DNA of 35,130 bases from Patescibacteria group bacterium UBA2135 (GTDB lineage Bacteria > Patescibacteriota > Minisyncoccia > Phycocordibacterales > UBA2135), in NCBI GenBank assembly GCA_002327685.1, contig DCXN01000022.1:6645-41774 (forward strand), written 5' to 3'. The translations under genes were made by a program, and so were the position numbers. Of the stretch, positions 8,618 through 18,181 are shown in pieces (position 1 is the first letter of the stretch; each line of letters starts with the position of its first letter). The notes under the pieces are model-generated. The model had not been told where the DNA came from. It saw only the letters and a program-made list of their open reading frames with translations, and ran no database searches.

Positions 8618-9454
8618 CTACAAACCAGAGCGAAGATGTGCGGCTGTTTTCTCGTGCGACCAAGGAAGACATATTACACCAGCACCCATAAGAGCAAGAT
8701 ATTCAGTGACACACCAGTTATTCAAAACCGGGACAATGGTCCCGTAACAAAAATTGCCCTCTTTAAAAACCAATCCTACGCCAAAGTCCGGGGGTAATCC
8801 TTGCACACTTCTAAATTTATCAGCGTACAGAGCCAGTAGACGATGAACAGCTTCTCCAAATCTGATATTGTCAAAATGTCCATCAATAAAAAGATAGCAC
8901 TGGCCAGCTCTATGCCCGCCGGCAACTACTGTTACTCCGTTGTGACGAAAAATAATTCGTGAGTCTGTTTCCGCTACCTCGCGCACATGACGCAATGGTA
9001 GTTGCTCATTTTTAAAAATTGAAATATTTTCCCCCGCAGGATCAAAAATATGATAATGGAGATGTGGAATATTTTGTCCTGCAAGATAACCGCTGTGTAC
9101 TCCTACGTTGATAAGATCGTGGTCATTCTTTCTAACAACACCTTCTATAATTCCAAGCGCAAGAGTAATTTCCTCAATGCCGCCTAGATCCCATAACTTC
9201 TCCGCCACCCAACACTCTTTAGGGACAAGCATCTGGTGAAAGCCCCGCGGTGTAAAAATATTTTCAATTAAAAGCCATTCACCCCCGCGATACAATTTGA
9301 TTATCTCCTCTTCTTTAAGAACACCCAACGCAAACGGGCAGTTTTCTGGGTCTACTCTTATTTGCACTTGCCACGGTCTATTTAATTTAATTTCATCTCT
9401 TGTTCCTCCTGAAATAGTAGTTATTTCACCTACTGGAAATCGTTCAACATCCAT
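8618..9454 (-). CDS. HIT-superfamily nucleotide hydrolase/transferase with C-terminal extension
   Basis: CPF near the N-terminus, H(Q)MLVPK and G..AGQNIPHLHYHI (HxHxH triad). Confidence 0.7.
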   Translation of the reverse strand: MDVERFPVGEITTISGGTRDEIKLNRPWQVQIRVDPENCPFALGVLKEEEIIKLYRGGEWLLIENIFTPRGFHQMLVPKECWVAEKLWDLGGIEEITLALGIIEGVVRKNDHDLINVGVHSGYLAGQNIPHLHYHIFDPAGENISIFKNEQLPLRHVREVAETDSRIIFRHNGVTVVAGGHRAGQCYLFIDGHFDNIRFGEAVHRLLALYADKFRSVQGLPPDFGVGLVFKEGNFCYGTIVPVLNNWCVTEYLALMGAGVICLPWSHEKTAAHLRSGL

Positions 9455-9489
9455 TCTTCTGTCCTTATTGCTGTTTATTTCTCAAAAAA

Positions 9490-9518
9490 ATTTAACATAT
9501 CTTTAGACTATTTGTCAA
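9490..9518 (-). promoter_or_regulatory. Sigma70-type promoter of the HIT gene
   Basis: TTGACA (9518-9513)-17 nt-TTAAAT. Confidence 0.5.
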
Positions 9519-9544
9519 TCTTTGCCTGTCTAACGCGTTTTAAT

Positions 9545-10471
9545 TTATTTGTTTTCCAACACTTCTTTTACAATATACGGTGTTCTTCCTTTGTTTTCAT
9601 AATAGATTCGGAAGAGTATTTCGGCAAGGAAACCCATCATGACAAGTAATACACCAACAATAATAAAGAGTGCCGCAAGAACAGGAAGAGGTGTCTGCGT
9701 GAACGTCCATAACCCCATAAATTTAAGCACAATGGCCACCACACCTGCAACAAATCCTAAAAACATAGATACCAATCCCCACCCTCCGAAAAATAAAAGC
9801 GGTCGCGCAAAATAATCGGAGAAGAATTTTACCACCATAAGATCAGTGAATATTTTCGCCACTTTTAAAGATGAGTATTTTGTTTTACCAGACCTGCGTT
9901 CACTGTGCTCAACTGGAACTTCTGTAATTTTAAACCCGTGAGCATGAAAAATCGCGGGGACAAATGCGTGCATTTCCCCATATAACATAATATTGCGAAA
10001 CGCCTCTTTTCTGCATACTTTAAACGGAGAGCTAAAATCGTGAAGTTCAACTCCCACCACACGAGATGTAAGAGCGTTTGCAAACCGAGAAAGTAATTTA
10101 CGGTGAAGTGGATCATGGCGATTTTTGCGCCATCCAGAGACAGAGTCGTACCCTTCGCGTAATCTCTCAAGCATTTTTGGTATATCCTCGGGACTGTTTT
10201 GTAAATCTGCGTCGAGGAGAACAACAATATCGCCTTGTGCCTGCCTGATACCTTCATTGAGCGCCGCAGCTTGTCCCATTTTCTTCACAAAGACAATAAT
10301 TTTTATTGGAGAGAGAGACTTGAGTAATGGTAGTGTATTGTCGGTAGAAGGACCCTCAGAGGCAATAATTTCATACGGCTCACCAATTGTATCAAGTGTT
10401 TTTTTAAGCCGCGCATGCAGTTCTAAAACGTTTCCTTCTTCGTTGTATGTTGGAAAAATAACTGAAAGCAT
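9545..10471 (-). CDS. GT2 polyprenol-phosphate glycosyltransferase (ArnC/GtrB/DPM-like)
   Basis: SVIFPTYNE, DADLQNSPE, SGWR, R..GKTKY and two C-terminal TM helices. Confidence 0.9.
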   Translation of the reverse strand: MLSVIFPTYNEEGNVLELHARLKKTLDTIGEPYEIIASEGPSTDNTLPLLKSLSPIKIIVFVKKMGQAAALNEGIRQAQGDIVVLLDADLQNSPEDIPKMLERLREGYDSVSGWRKNRHDPLHRKLLSRFANALTSRVVGVELHDFSSPFKVCRKEAFRNIMLYGEMHAFVPAIFHAHGFKITEVPVEHSERRSGKTKYSSLKVAKIFTDLMVVKFFSDYFARPLLFFGGWGLVSMFLGFVAGVVAIVLKFMGLWTFTQTPLPVLAALFIIVGVLLVMMGFLAEILFRIYYENKGRTPYIVKEVLENK

Positions 10472-10478
10472 AAGGATA

Positions 10479-10581
10479 ATACTAATATACAAATTTTACG
10501 AATTATACTAATGGATACGAATACGACGCATTAGTATTATTCGTATCATTAGTACCATTAGTACCATTAGTATATTGGTAT
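10479..10581. repeat. Inverted array of TAC(T/G)AAT / ATT(A/C)GTA units
   Basis: tactaat/tacgaat units on the left and attagta/attcgta units (cattagtac tandem) on the right. Confidence 0.75.
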
Positions 10582-10588
10582 CGTTCTT

Positions 10589-11524
10589 TTATAGATTTGA
10601 ATACTGCCAGTGTTTGATTGTTTTGTAAAATTTAATAAGCTCAACAATACCATCATCTAATGAATATTCTGGTTTAAATCCTGTTTTTTCTATTTTTTCA
10701 TTTGAAACAATATAGTCGCGTTTATCCGGATCTTCACCGATTTCTGCTTCTATAAAATAAAAATCAGGAATGTGTTTTTTTATTGCCTCGCAGAGCTCTC
10801 TCTTGCTTAAATTTGCGTCAGAAAGTCCTACATTATACGGTTCACCCTTCATGGTGTCAAAATTATTAATTGCATGTAAAAACGCTCGCGCTACATCACG
10901 TACGTGGATATAATTTCTTTTAAAATGCGCCTGAAAAAGTATAAGATACTTGTCCATAAACGCGCGGTGTACAAAGTCATTTACCAGCAAATCAATGCGC
11001 ATGCGTGGACTTGTGCCAAATACAGTTGCCAGACGAAGTGTGACACTATTCCCTTCTTCTAAAATCGCTTTTTCGGCCTCCACTTTTGTGCGACCATATA
11101 ATGAAATAGGATTGAGTGGCGTATTTTCATCACAAAATGTGTCTTTTTCACCAATGCCATAACCGCTATTTGTGTTTGGATAAATTATTTTCTGTTCGGA
11201 TTTGCGTAGCTTCAAAAGCATTTGAATAGCATCTAAATTTGTGCTCTGAGCTCCTACTTTGTCGCGGTCGCATGCTTCCGCTCCCAAAATTGCTGCGAGA
11301 GGAATGATAATATCTACTTCGTTGAGCAAAGATGTCATTATATCTTTATCACGAGAATCACCACGGACAACAACAAGTTCTTTGTAGTGCATTATATGTC
11401 CAAGCGAGGTTTGTCCATGCATAAAATTATCAAGGACAGAGACATGGTGCCCTGCTTTTAATAATTCCTCAGTTAGAACTGAACCAATATATCCTGAACC
11501 TCCAGTAATTAAAATTCTACTCAT
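10589..11524 (-). CDS. NAD-dependent epimerase/dehydratase (extended SDR)
   Basis: TGGSGYIG, YGRTK, RLATVFG.SPRMR.DL.VN, HVRD. Confidence 0.9.
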   Translation of the reverse strand: MSRILITGGSGYIGSVLTEELLKAGHHVSVLDNFMHGQTSLGHIMHYKELVVVRGDSRDKDIMTSLLNEVDIIIPLAAILGAEACDRDKVGAQSTNLDAIQMLLKLRKSEQKIIYPNTNSGYGIGEKDTFCDENTPLNPISLYGRTKVEAEKAILEEGNSVTLRLATVFGTSPRMRIDLLVNDFVHRAFMDKYLILFQAHFKRNYIHVRDVARAFLHAINNFDTMKGEPYNVGLSDANLSKRELCEAIKKHIPDFYFIEAEIGEDPDKRDYIVSNEKIEKTGFKPEYSLDDGIVELIKFYKTIKHWQYSNL

Positions 11525-13355
11525 ATTTATATATTATAACCTTATCATTATCATATAGTTTTTTATAACGTTTCAAAAATTCCTCGTTAACACCTATTTT
11601 ATTTTCGCGTGGTCCCACAAAGATATAGTCAAACTTGTATGGGATTTCTTCCGGCATTGTAAAGTGGGTGTATTCATTTAAAAGATTTTCTATGACTTCT
11701 TGCGGAAGTTGATACACTGGATATTTTTCAGGTCGCAAATGTGAATCAAGTGCTCTACTATTATACTCTGCACTAAAAAAATTAAAAACACCAAGCCGTG
11801 ATTGAATAATTTCAAAAAATTGCTCTGGAGAAATATTAAAAAACGTGTGAGCTATATACATACGGTCTAACACCTCTGTTTTTGGAAGAAGATTGTTCTG
11901 GGCTCGTGCTTGAAAAACTCTGCTATGCGTGTACGCGGCAAGATCAATGTTCGTCTCAATTGAGGGGGTCATAACGACACTGTCTTTTCGGGTATTTGCT
12001 GTAAGCCACTCATATGCATCCATAATATCTACAGGGATCGTATAATCTAAAGCGTGTTCTATGTTCTTTTTTGTTTCGCTTTGCACTACATTTACTGTGA
12101 TAAGTATTATTAAGATAGCTATAAAAACTAGGAGAAATTTCTTTAACTTGCTAAAAATCTTAACTTTGCTTAAAAGTGGGGTGAAATAAAGCCAGCCATA
12201 ATATAAAAGGGGTGGCCAGATAATTCCATTAGTAATTAAAAAGACTTTATTTCCCCAGTGATCAGACTGAATTGTCCACCCAGTAACTACATTTATGTTA
12301 TAGGCAACAATACCAGTAACAGCGAGTGCCGCGAGAAAATACCCGAGAGTTTTTTTAGATAATAATCGTCCAAGATATATCGCAACTCCAGCCATAAAAA
12401 TATACAGAATATACGTCTTCCAGAGAAACCACCGCACTCCATACCCCTCTTCAACTCCCATGCGAACCATAATATCGTCGTAGGACGGCAGTTGCATAAG
12501 AGAATATTGATTTATCCAAAATGGGATTGAAACAATGGCCCCAGTGAGACCAATTAAAAATACTGTGCGCATTACAGAATAATTTTTTGTGACAAAAAAA
12601 ATAAGAATTAAAATTCCAAGAAAAATTGTTGCAAAAATCCAAAAATATAAATAAAGATAAAACAGGAGCCCATAAAAAATACCTGCCAACGCGATAAATA
12701 ACCTTCTTTTTGTTTCTTCTTTTATTGTTATCGCCTGATACACGAAATAAAACATTAAAATAAAGAACGGACCGCTGGGAACAAAAGAGCTTCTGGTAAG
12801 GAAACTAAGATCAGAAACAAATCCTCCTAAAAACGGAATAAATTGGAATAATAATATTTTTAATTCTGTAAGCGAGGAAGGTGGAATAAGAACTGGCAGT
12901 TGTGGAAAGAGCATAAGTATATAAGCAGAGAAAAGTGAAAAAATCTTATGCCGTGTAAAACTATAAAAAATAAAAAAGAACGACACAAGAAGTAAAACTG
13001 GAAAAAGAAAATCGGTCATTATTATTCCCGGGAAAATAGTCTGAAATGGTAGAAAAAATGGGGTTAAAATTGTAGCTGCCAAAAATGGAAATAAAATCGG
13101 TTTGTCTTCTTTGTGTTCATAAGTATCAATTTCTCTGGGTATAAGAGTACCATCAACAATCTCCCTATATCTGGGTCCATAGTGATTTGTGTGGTCAAAA
13201 TTTGATTCTAATGTAACCGGTATATACCGCAGACCTTGATCTTTGAGCGTGTTATATCGAACAAAATGCGGCAAGATAGAATAAACAAGTCCAACCGCTA
13301 AGATGGCTAGAATAAACAGAAATTTAAATAATATATTTTTTTTCATTGCGTACAA
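11517..13355 (-). CDS. Large multi-pass membrane protein, possibly a GT-C-type glycan transferase/polymerase
   Basis: About 11-13 hydrophobic segments followed by a soluble C-terminal domain (AYEWL..NT..DSVV); downstream genes include a polyprenol-P GT2. Confidence 0.55.
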   Translation of the reverse strand: MYAMKKNILFKFLFILAILAVGLVYSILPHFVRYNTLKDQGLRYIPVTLESNFDHTNHYGPRYREIVDGTLIPREIDTYEHKEDKPILFPFLAATILTPFFLPFQTIFPGIIMTDFLFPVLLLVSFFFIFYSFTRHKIFSLFSAYILMLFPQLPVLIPPSSLTELKILLFQFIPFLGGFVSDLSFLTRSSFVPSGPFFILMFYFVYQAITIKEETKRRLFIALAGIFYGLLFYLYLYFWIFATIFLGILILIFFVTKNYSVMRTVFLIGLTGAIVSIPFWINQYSLMQLPSYDDIMVRMGVEEGYGVRWFLWKTYILYIFMAGVAIYLGRLLSKKTLGYFLAALAVTGIVAYNINVVTGWTIQSDHWGNKVFLITNGIIWPPLLYYGWLYFTPLLSKVKIFSKLKKFLLVFIAILIILITVNVVQSETKKNIEHALDYTIPVDIMDAYEWLTANTRKDSVVMTPSIETNIDLAAYTHSRVFQARAQNNLLPKTEVLDRMYIAHTFFNISPEQFFEIIQSRLGVFNFFSAEYNSRALDSHLRPEKYPVYQLPQEVIENLLNEYTHFTMPEEIPYKFDYIFVGPRENKIGVNEEFLKRYKKLYDNDKVIIYKYE

Positions 13356-13358
13356 GAT

Positions 13359-14447
13359 TTATGTATTAAGTTTTTCTACCAGAGTTAATAATTCACGTCC
13401 TGCTTTATGCCATGAAAATTGTTTTGATTGGGCGATCCCTCTTTCTACTAGATCACGTCGAAGTTCTGGTTTTTCTGTGATATCGTTCATGGCGCGGGCT
13501 ATTTCATCTGGACTATACGGATTTACAAGAAGCGCCGCATCACCGCCGATTTCTTTGAGAGAGGATCGATCGGAAGTAATAACAGGAACTCCACAATCCA
13601 TTACCTCAAGAACTGGATATCCGAACCCCTCAATAAGCGTTGGAAAAACAAGCGCTTCTGTACGTCTATATACATAAGAAAGCTCTCTATCATCCAAGTG
13701 GCCTATAAATAATACTTTTTCCTCCAGTTTTTTTTCTTTAACAAAGCGGAGTATTGCGTCATGATATTCTCCATGCGCAGGATTGCCCGCAAGTACCAAG
13801 CAATATTCGGTGTGAATTTTATTAAATTCATAAAATGCCTTAACAATATTAAAGACGTTCTTTCTCGGTTTTATAATTCCGGCAAAAAAGAAAAACTTTT
13901 GCGGAAGTGGTACTTTTTTCGCTTCCACAGCGCATATCTTTTTAAATCCGCACCATACAACGGTTATTTTTTCTTTGTTAATGCCAAAAAGTTTTACAAC
14001 ATCCTCTTTGGTTGCATGTGAAATTGCCACAACCAAATCTGCTTTGTGGAGAGAAAATTTATGCAAAAGAAATGTAATAATTCTTCTGATCTGATTTTCA
14101 AGAGCCTGGGATGATAAATGCCAATACGCAAAATCAAGCGCAATGACAACTGATTTAAGAGGCTTCCAAAAAAACGGCATGACGGGGGTATTAAATAGAT
14201 AGACATCAGCGCGCGGCGCGCGGCGCAAATGATCAAGCCAGAACATACCGCCGCCTAAAACCTCAAGTCGCCAATTATTCCCTGGCAATTCTGGGTCTCT
14301 GCGCGGCTTATTTTTAACAAAAATAATATATTCATTGTCCTTGTCAATTTCCAACATTCCTTTCGTTAATTCAAAAATCGTCCGCGCAAGTCCGGCTGGT
14401 TTATCTTCATCATATGGATGTAAAATGATGCCAATTTTCATGCTCAT
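13359..14447 (-). CDS. GT4 glycosyltransferase (MtfB/WbaZ-like)
   Basis: PRKN, VFPTLIEGFGYPVLE, FSW; ATGA overlap with the upstream stop. Confidence 0.9.
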   Translation of the reverse strand: MSMKIGIILHPYDEDKPAGLARTIFELTKGMLEIDKDNEYIIFVKNKPRRDPELPGNNWRLEVLGGGMFWLDHLRRAPRADVYLFNTPVMPFFWKPLKSVVIALDFAYWHLSSQALENQIRRIITFLLHKFSLHKADLVVAISHATKEDVVKLFGINKEKITVVWCGFKKICAVEAKKVPLPQKFFFFAGIIKPRKNVFNIVKAFYEFNKIHTEYCLVLAGNPAHGEYHDAILRFVKEKKLEEKVLFIGHLDDRELSYVYRRTEALVFPTLIEGFGYPVLEVMDCGVPVITSDRSSLKEIGGDAALLVNPYSPDEIARAMNDITEKPELRRDLVERGIAQSKQFSWHKAGRELLTLVEKLNT

Positions 14448-15037
14448 TTCCTGACTTCCAGTTCCCATGTCACGCACTGAATGGGAAATAGGAGCGACAG
14501 GTATTGATCATATAAATTAGGATAACGATGAATAAATAGTTTAAATAATCGTTTTATTGGATTTCTTGATTTCTGCGGCCAGCCATACCAGAATCCAACC
14601 TTACGGAAACGAAATGGCACATAGTTATACTCTGAAAGTCCCGTGCCTTCAAGAAAGTAATCAAGAGAGCGGCTTGTGAAAAATCGCCTGTGAGTTGGAT
14701 CAGCATATGCATCTGTAGAGCGAAAATATGGGACTTGAATTACAATATGGCCATCAGTTTTTGTGACTCTCCATACCTCACTTAAAAAACCCACAACATC
14801 GTCAACGTGTTCCAGAACATGGTTTATCAAGACGATATCAAATGAATTTGATTCAATTGGCCATGGTGTATTTTTTAAGTCGTGTACAAGATCCGCCTGT
14901 GAGTTTTCTATAATATCTATACCAAACGCACCCGGTAACTTGCGCTGACCACAGCCAATGTCAAGCGCTCTGCTGTTGCCAAGAATGTTTTCTTTGACGA
15001 ATCCCAACGGAGTATATATATGGTGAGTCCATGTCAT
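14444..15037 (-). CDS. Class I SAM-dependent methyltransferase
   Basis: ALDIGCG, HVLEH, DPTH; ATGA overlap at 15034-15037. Confidence 0.85.
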   Translation of the reverse strand: MTWTHHIYTPLGFVKENILGNSRALDIGCGQRKLPGAFGIDIIENSQADLVHDLKNTPWPIESNSFDIVLINHVLEHVDDVVGFLSEVWRVTKTDGHIVIQVPYFRSTDAYADPTHRRFFTSRSLDYFLEGTGLSEYNYVPFRFRKVGFWYGWPQKSRNPIKRLFKLFIHRYPNLYDQYLSLLFPIQCVTWELEVRK

Positions 15038-16182
15038 GATGTTTTGCTTACGAGCTTTAATATACGTCCCGCTCTCTTTTCCCATGTATAATCTTGTACA
15101 TCATACCATGCTTTTTCCGACACGTTTCGTGCCAATTGCTTATTCTCAAGAATCACCTCAATTCCTTTTTGCAAATCCTGTGGGTTGTCTGGTTCTACTA
15201 AAACCGCATTTTTGTCATTTAAAATTTCTTTGACTGAAGGAAGAGAAGATGCCACGATAGGTGTTCTGCTTGCCATATATTCAAAAAGCTTAATTGGTGA
15301 TGTATCATTGCGTGAATATATAGAAAATCGAGGATCTTCTCCACGCATTGCAGAATTAGGAAGTACAAGCACATCTGCCGCCTTGAGATAAGCAGGAATC
15401 TCAGTATACGGCTTGTGACCTACAAGGATGATATTGGAAATACCTTTATACTGCTTTTCAAAATCTTCGCAATGGTAATACGTTCCTCCCACAAAAATAA
15501 AATTTACCTGCGGCATAAGAGCGGCAGTTTCAGCAAGGACATAAACTCCTTTCCAGTCATATAAATGCCCCGTGTAAAGCACTATTGGCATACCTATTGG
15601 CAGACGCAATTTTTTTCTTAGTGTTTTTTGTTCACCTTCCATGGAAAAAGTATCCGGGTCAAAGCCGTTTCGCGCCACAATTATTTTTTCTTCAGGAATT
15701 CCAAGGCGAATACGACATTCTTTTGCCTTCCACTCATTCGTAGTAATAATGCCTCTCATTCTCCGAAGAATCATCTTCCAAATCCAGAGTTTGCGCTCTG
15801 GAAATCCGTGCATGTCATAAAAGACATGGGCCATCTTAAATGAAAGCAAGAATCCTGACGCCTCATCACGGGTGATAATGACATCATCCTTCTTTGGGGA
15901 AAAAGAAAAAAAGAGAGCTATCGCAAATGAGAGTTGATTTAATAAAAACCCGTAACGCCACCCCCAAGTAACAGTATCAAACGTTGGAATATATTGAATG
16001 ACAAAACTTCTAGAAACATTGTAAAAAGAAAAAGGGTCATCACCAGCGGTATTTTTGACTTTTGGAGCAAAGAGAGTTACTTCCGCCCCACCATCGGCAA
16101 AGGCGGCACAAGTTTTCATAATGCTCACTCCATACGCTTTTTCCGTTGGAATACGGGAGTTTGAGATATAAAATATACGCAT
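15034..16182 (-). CDS. GT4 glycosyltransferase
   Basis: YTGHL..WKG, ADVLVLP, SPIKLFEYMA, YTW. Confidence 0.9.
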   Translation of the reverse strand: MRIFYISNSRIPTEKAYGVSIMKTCAAFADGGAEVTLFAPKVKNTAGDDPFSFYNVSRSFVIQYIPTFDTVTWGWRYGFLLNQLSFAIALFFSFSPKKDDVIITRDEASGFLLSFKMAHVFYDMHGFPERKLWIWKMILRRMRGIITTNEWKAKECRIRLGIPEEKIIVARNGFDPDTFSMEGEQKTLRKKLRLPIGMPIVLYTGHLYDWKGVYVLAETAALMPQVNFIFVGGTYYHCEDFEKQYKGISNIILVGHKPYTEIPAYLKAADVLVLPNSAMRGEDPRFSIYSRNDTSPIKLFEYMASRTPIVASSLPSVKEILNDKNAVLVEPDNPQDLQKGIEVILENKQLARNVSEKAWYDVQDYTWEKRAGRILKLVSKTS

Positions 16183-16223
16183 ATTGTTATAATAACAAAG
16201 AAAACAGCCTGATTGTTGTTTGC

Positions 16224-16257
16224 AAAAACTGCCCCGATTTCCATCGAGGCGGTTTTT
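16224..16257. terminator. Intrinsic terminator after the rfbE-like gene
   Basis: aaaaactgccccgat-ttcc-atcgaggcggttttt. Confidence 0.7.
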
Positions 16258-16269
16258 GTTGTATATGTC

Positions 16270-17307
16270 TTACGCATAAAATGTTTTGATTTTGTCGGTG
16301 TTGTCTTTTATCCAATCAATCATCATAGGAGCGCCATCTTGAAAGGCGATTTTGGGCTCCCAATTCAGCCGATTTTTTGCTTTCGTGTTATCACTGATGA
16401 ATACTTTTTGATCTCCACGTCGCTCCTCACTAAAATCATACTGCATGGGAAGGTCATGGTTATTTTTTAAATTTGCAAAAAACTCAAGAACAGACGTTGA
16501 ATTTGTCTTTCCTCCACCTGTGTTGAATACCTCCCCTCGTGCCATATCAATGTTCTCAATCGCGCTTTTGTAGAGACCACAAAGATCTTTAACGTGAAGC
16601 GCGTCGCGTACTTGTTTTCCGGTTCCATATACTGTCACCGGTTTATTGAAAAGCGAAGCTACAGAAAACCATGCCATCCATCCTTGGTCTTCTACCCCAA
16701 ATTGATTTGGCCCATAAATACACGATTGCCTAAACACAATTGTCGGAAGATTATAAATACGTCCGTAATCACGAATATACTGATCAGCGGCTCCCTTGCT
16801 ACACCCATAAGGAGAGTGAAAATCAAGCTGTTGTGTTTCAGGAATCCCTTCCGGGTAATCTTTCAGGTGATATCTGGCCTTTGCCTCTTCAATTCCTAAG
16901 TGTTCCAAGTCTCCATATACTTTATTAGTAGATGCAAAAATAAGTATGGGTGGAGTTGGCGCATTTCGCACTGCTTCTAACACGTTTATTGTCCCCAAGA
17001 CATTGTTTTCAAAATCACTGCGAGGATCTAAAACAGAAGTTGTAACAGCAACTTGTCCTGCAAGATGAAGTACCGCATCATGAGCCGCTAATTCACGATT
17101 AAGTATGTCTTGATCGTACCTAACATCCGCTTTTACAAATGAAATTCGGCTAGGATGTTCTTCGTTAATCCATTTCAAATTAAAATCAACCCCCTTGCGA
17201 GAGAGATTATCAAGGATGGTGACATCCCACCCATCTCTAATAAAATAGTCAGTGGCATTAATGCCAATAAAACCAGCGCCGCCGGTGATGATAATTCGTT
17301 TTTGCAT
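16270..17307 (-). CDS. rfbE: CDP-paratose 2-epimerase (tyvelose epimerase)-like SDR
   Basis: TGGAGFIG, HLAGQVAVTTS, STNKVYG, DFHSPYGCSKGAADQY, FRQSCIYG..QFGVEDQGW. Confidence 0.8.
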   Translation of the reverse strand: MQKRIIITGGAGFIGINATDYFIRDGWDVTILDNLSRKGVDFNLKWINEEHPSRISFVKADVRYDQDILNRELAAHDAVLHLAGQVAVTTSVLDPRSDFENNVLGTINVLEAVRNAPTPPILIFASTNKVYGDLEHLGIEEAKARYHLKDYPEGIPETQQLDFHSPYGCSKGAADQYIRDYGRIYNLPTIVFRQSCIYGPNQFGVEDQGWMAWFSVASLFNKPVTVYGTGKQVRDALHVKDLCGLYKSAIENIDMARGEVFNTGGGKTNSTSVLEFFANLKNNHDLPMQYDFSEERRGDQKVFISDNTKAKNRLNWEPKIAFQDGAPMMIDWIKDNTDKIKTFYA

Positions 17308-17389
17308 AATTATCTTATATTATAACCCCGCATTGATGGAAAAGTAATATTTACAGATTAAGAAACAGGTGGTTTCTTGATCTCACACA

Positions 17390-18181
17390 CTAGATTCTTT
17401 TTTTTGTACGTTCCAAGAGGAGTTTGCCGAGGCGATACCGTCTTTCATATGTCCATTCTTTGAGCAAATAGTTTTTTCCCTGAGAAAGATCCTGGGACTT
17501 AGAAGACACACGCTCATCCTTCAATAAACGAAGTGCTATATTAAGATACATCGCTTCCGCACGATTATTGAGATCTTGAAATAATTCAATCGGCCTTTTT
17601 GCGGGGTCTCCGGGAATAACTGCAATAATTTCTCCTGCATCCACTGCTTTAACAGCATAATGTATCGTAATACCAACACGCTCCCAGTCATCTTTAAGAA
17701 TAGCGTGATGGTTGCAATGAGTACCCCGATAATACGGGCACCAACCAAAGTGCATATTAATTACATGCGATGCAAGATTTATAATCTGTGTTTTCACTAT
17801 CATTCCTCCCCAAATTACGATGAGTTTGGGCGAATATGCAGCAATTATCTCACGCACCTTATCAGTATTGACCGATTCAACGGTCACGGTTTTAGGAACC
17901 CAAGAAATAGCTGCTCTATTATTTTCACTGCGCGCTTTAAGCCATGAGTGCGTTCTGCGTACTCTGGGTAAGAAAAGCCATAATAATGTGAACCAAATTT
18001 CGCGAGGAAGACCTAAGATGCCTACCTTGCGCACATACCCCAAAATGCGTTTATGAAGAGGTTTGCAGTGTGTTTGTTGGACAATCACTAGATCAACACG
18101 CCCACCACTTCTTTTATGCAACCGATTTGCAAAAGCACGTTTTGCTAAACTGTCTGTCGTAATTATTATAATACCGTTCAT
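17390..18181 (-). CDS. Formyltransferase (N10-formyl-THF dependent)
   Basis: INMHFGWCPYYRG (NxHxxxxPxYRG) and GITIH...VDAGEII. Confidence 0.85.
   Translation of the reverse strand: MNGIIIITTDSLAKRAFANRLHKRSGGRVDLVIVQQTHCKPLHKRILGYVRKVGILGLPREIWFTLLWLFLPRVRRTHSWLKARSENNRAAISWVPKTVTVESVNTDKVREIIAAYSPKLIVIWGGMIVKTQIINLASHVINMHFGWCPYYRGTHCNHHAILKDDWERVGITIHYAVKAVDAGEIIAVIPGDPAKRPIELFQDLNNRAEAMYLNIALRLLKDERVSSKSQDLSQGKNYLLKEWTYERRYRLGKLLLERTKKRI

Noticed and set aside
9490-9517. ATTTAACATAT resembles the XerD arm of a dif site
   Set aside because: There is no XerC-like arm at the 6-bp spacing; a -35/-10 promoter explains it better.
9526-9538. tgtctaacgcgt resembles the TCTAACGGG terminus, near the GT2 stop
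   Set aside because: The match is short and degenerate, and no partner arm was found.
10540-10581. Short repeats as a possible CRISPR array
   Set aside because: Units are 7-9 nt with no unique spacers, and there are no cas genes.
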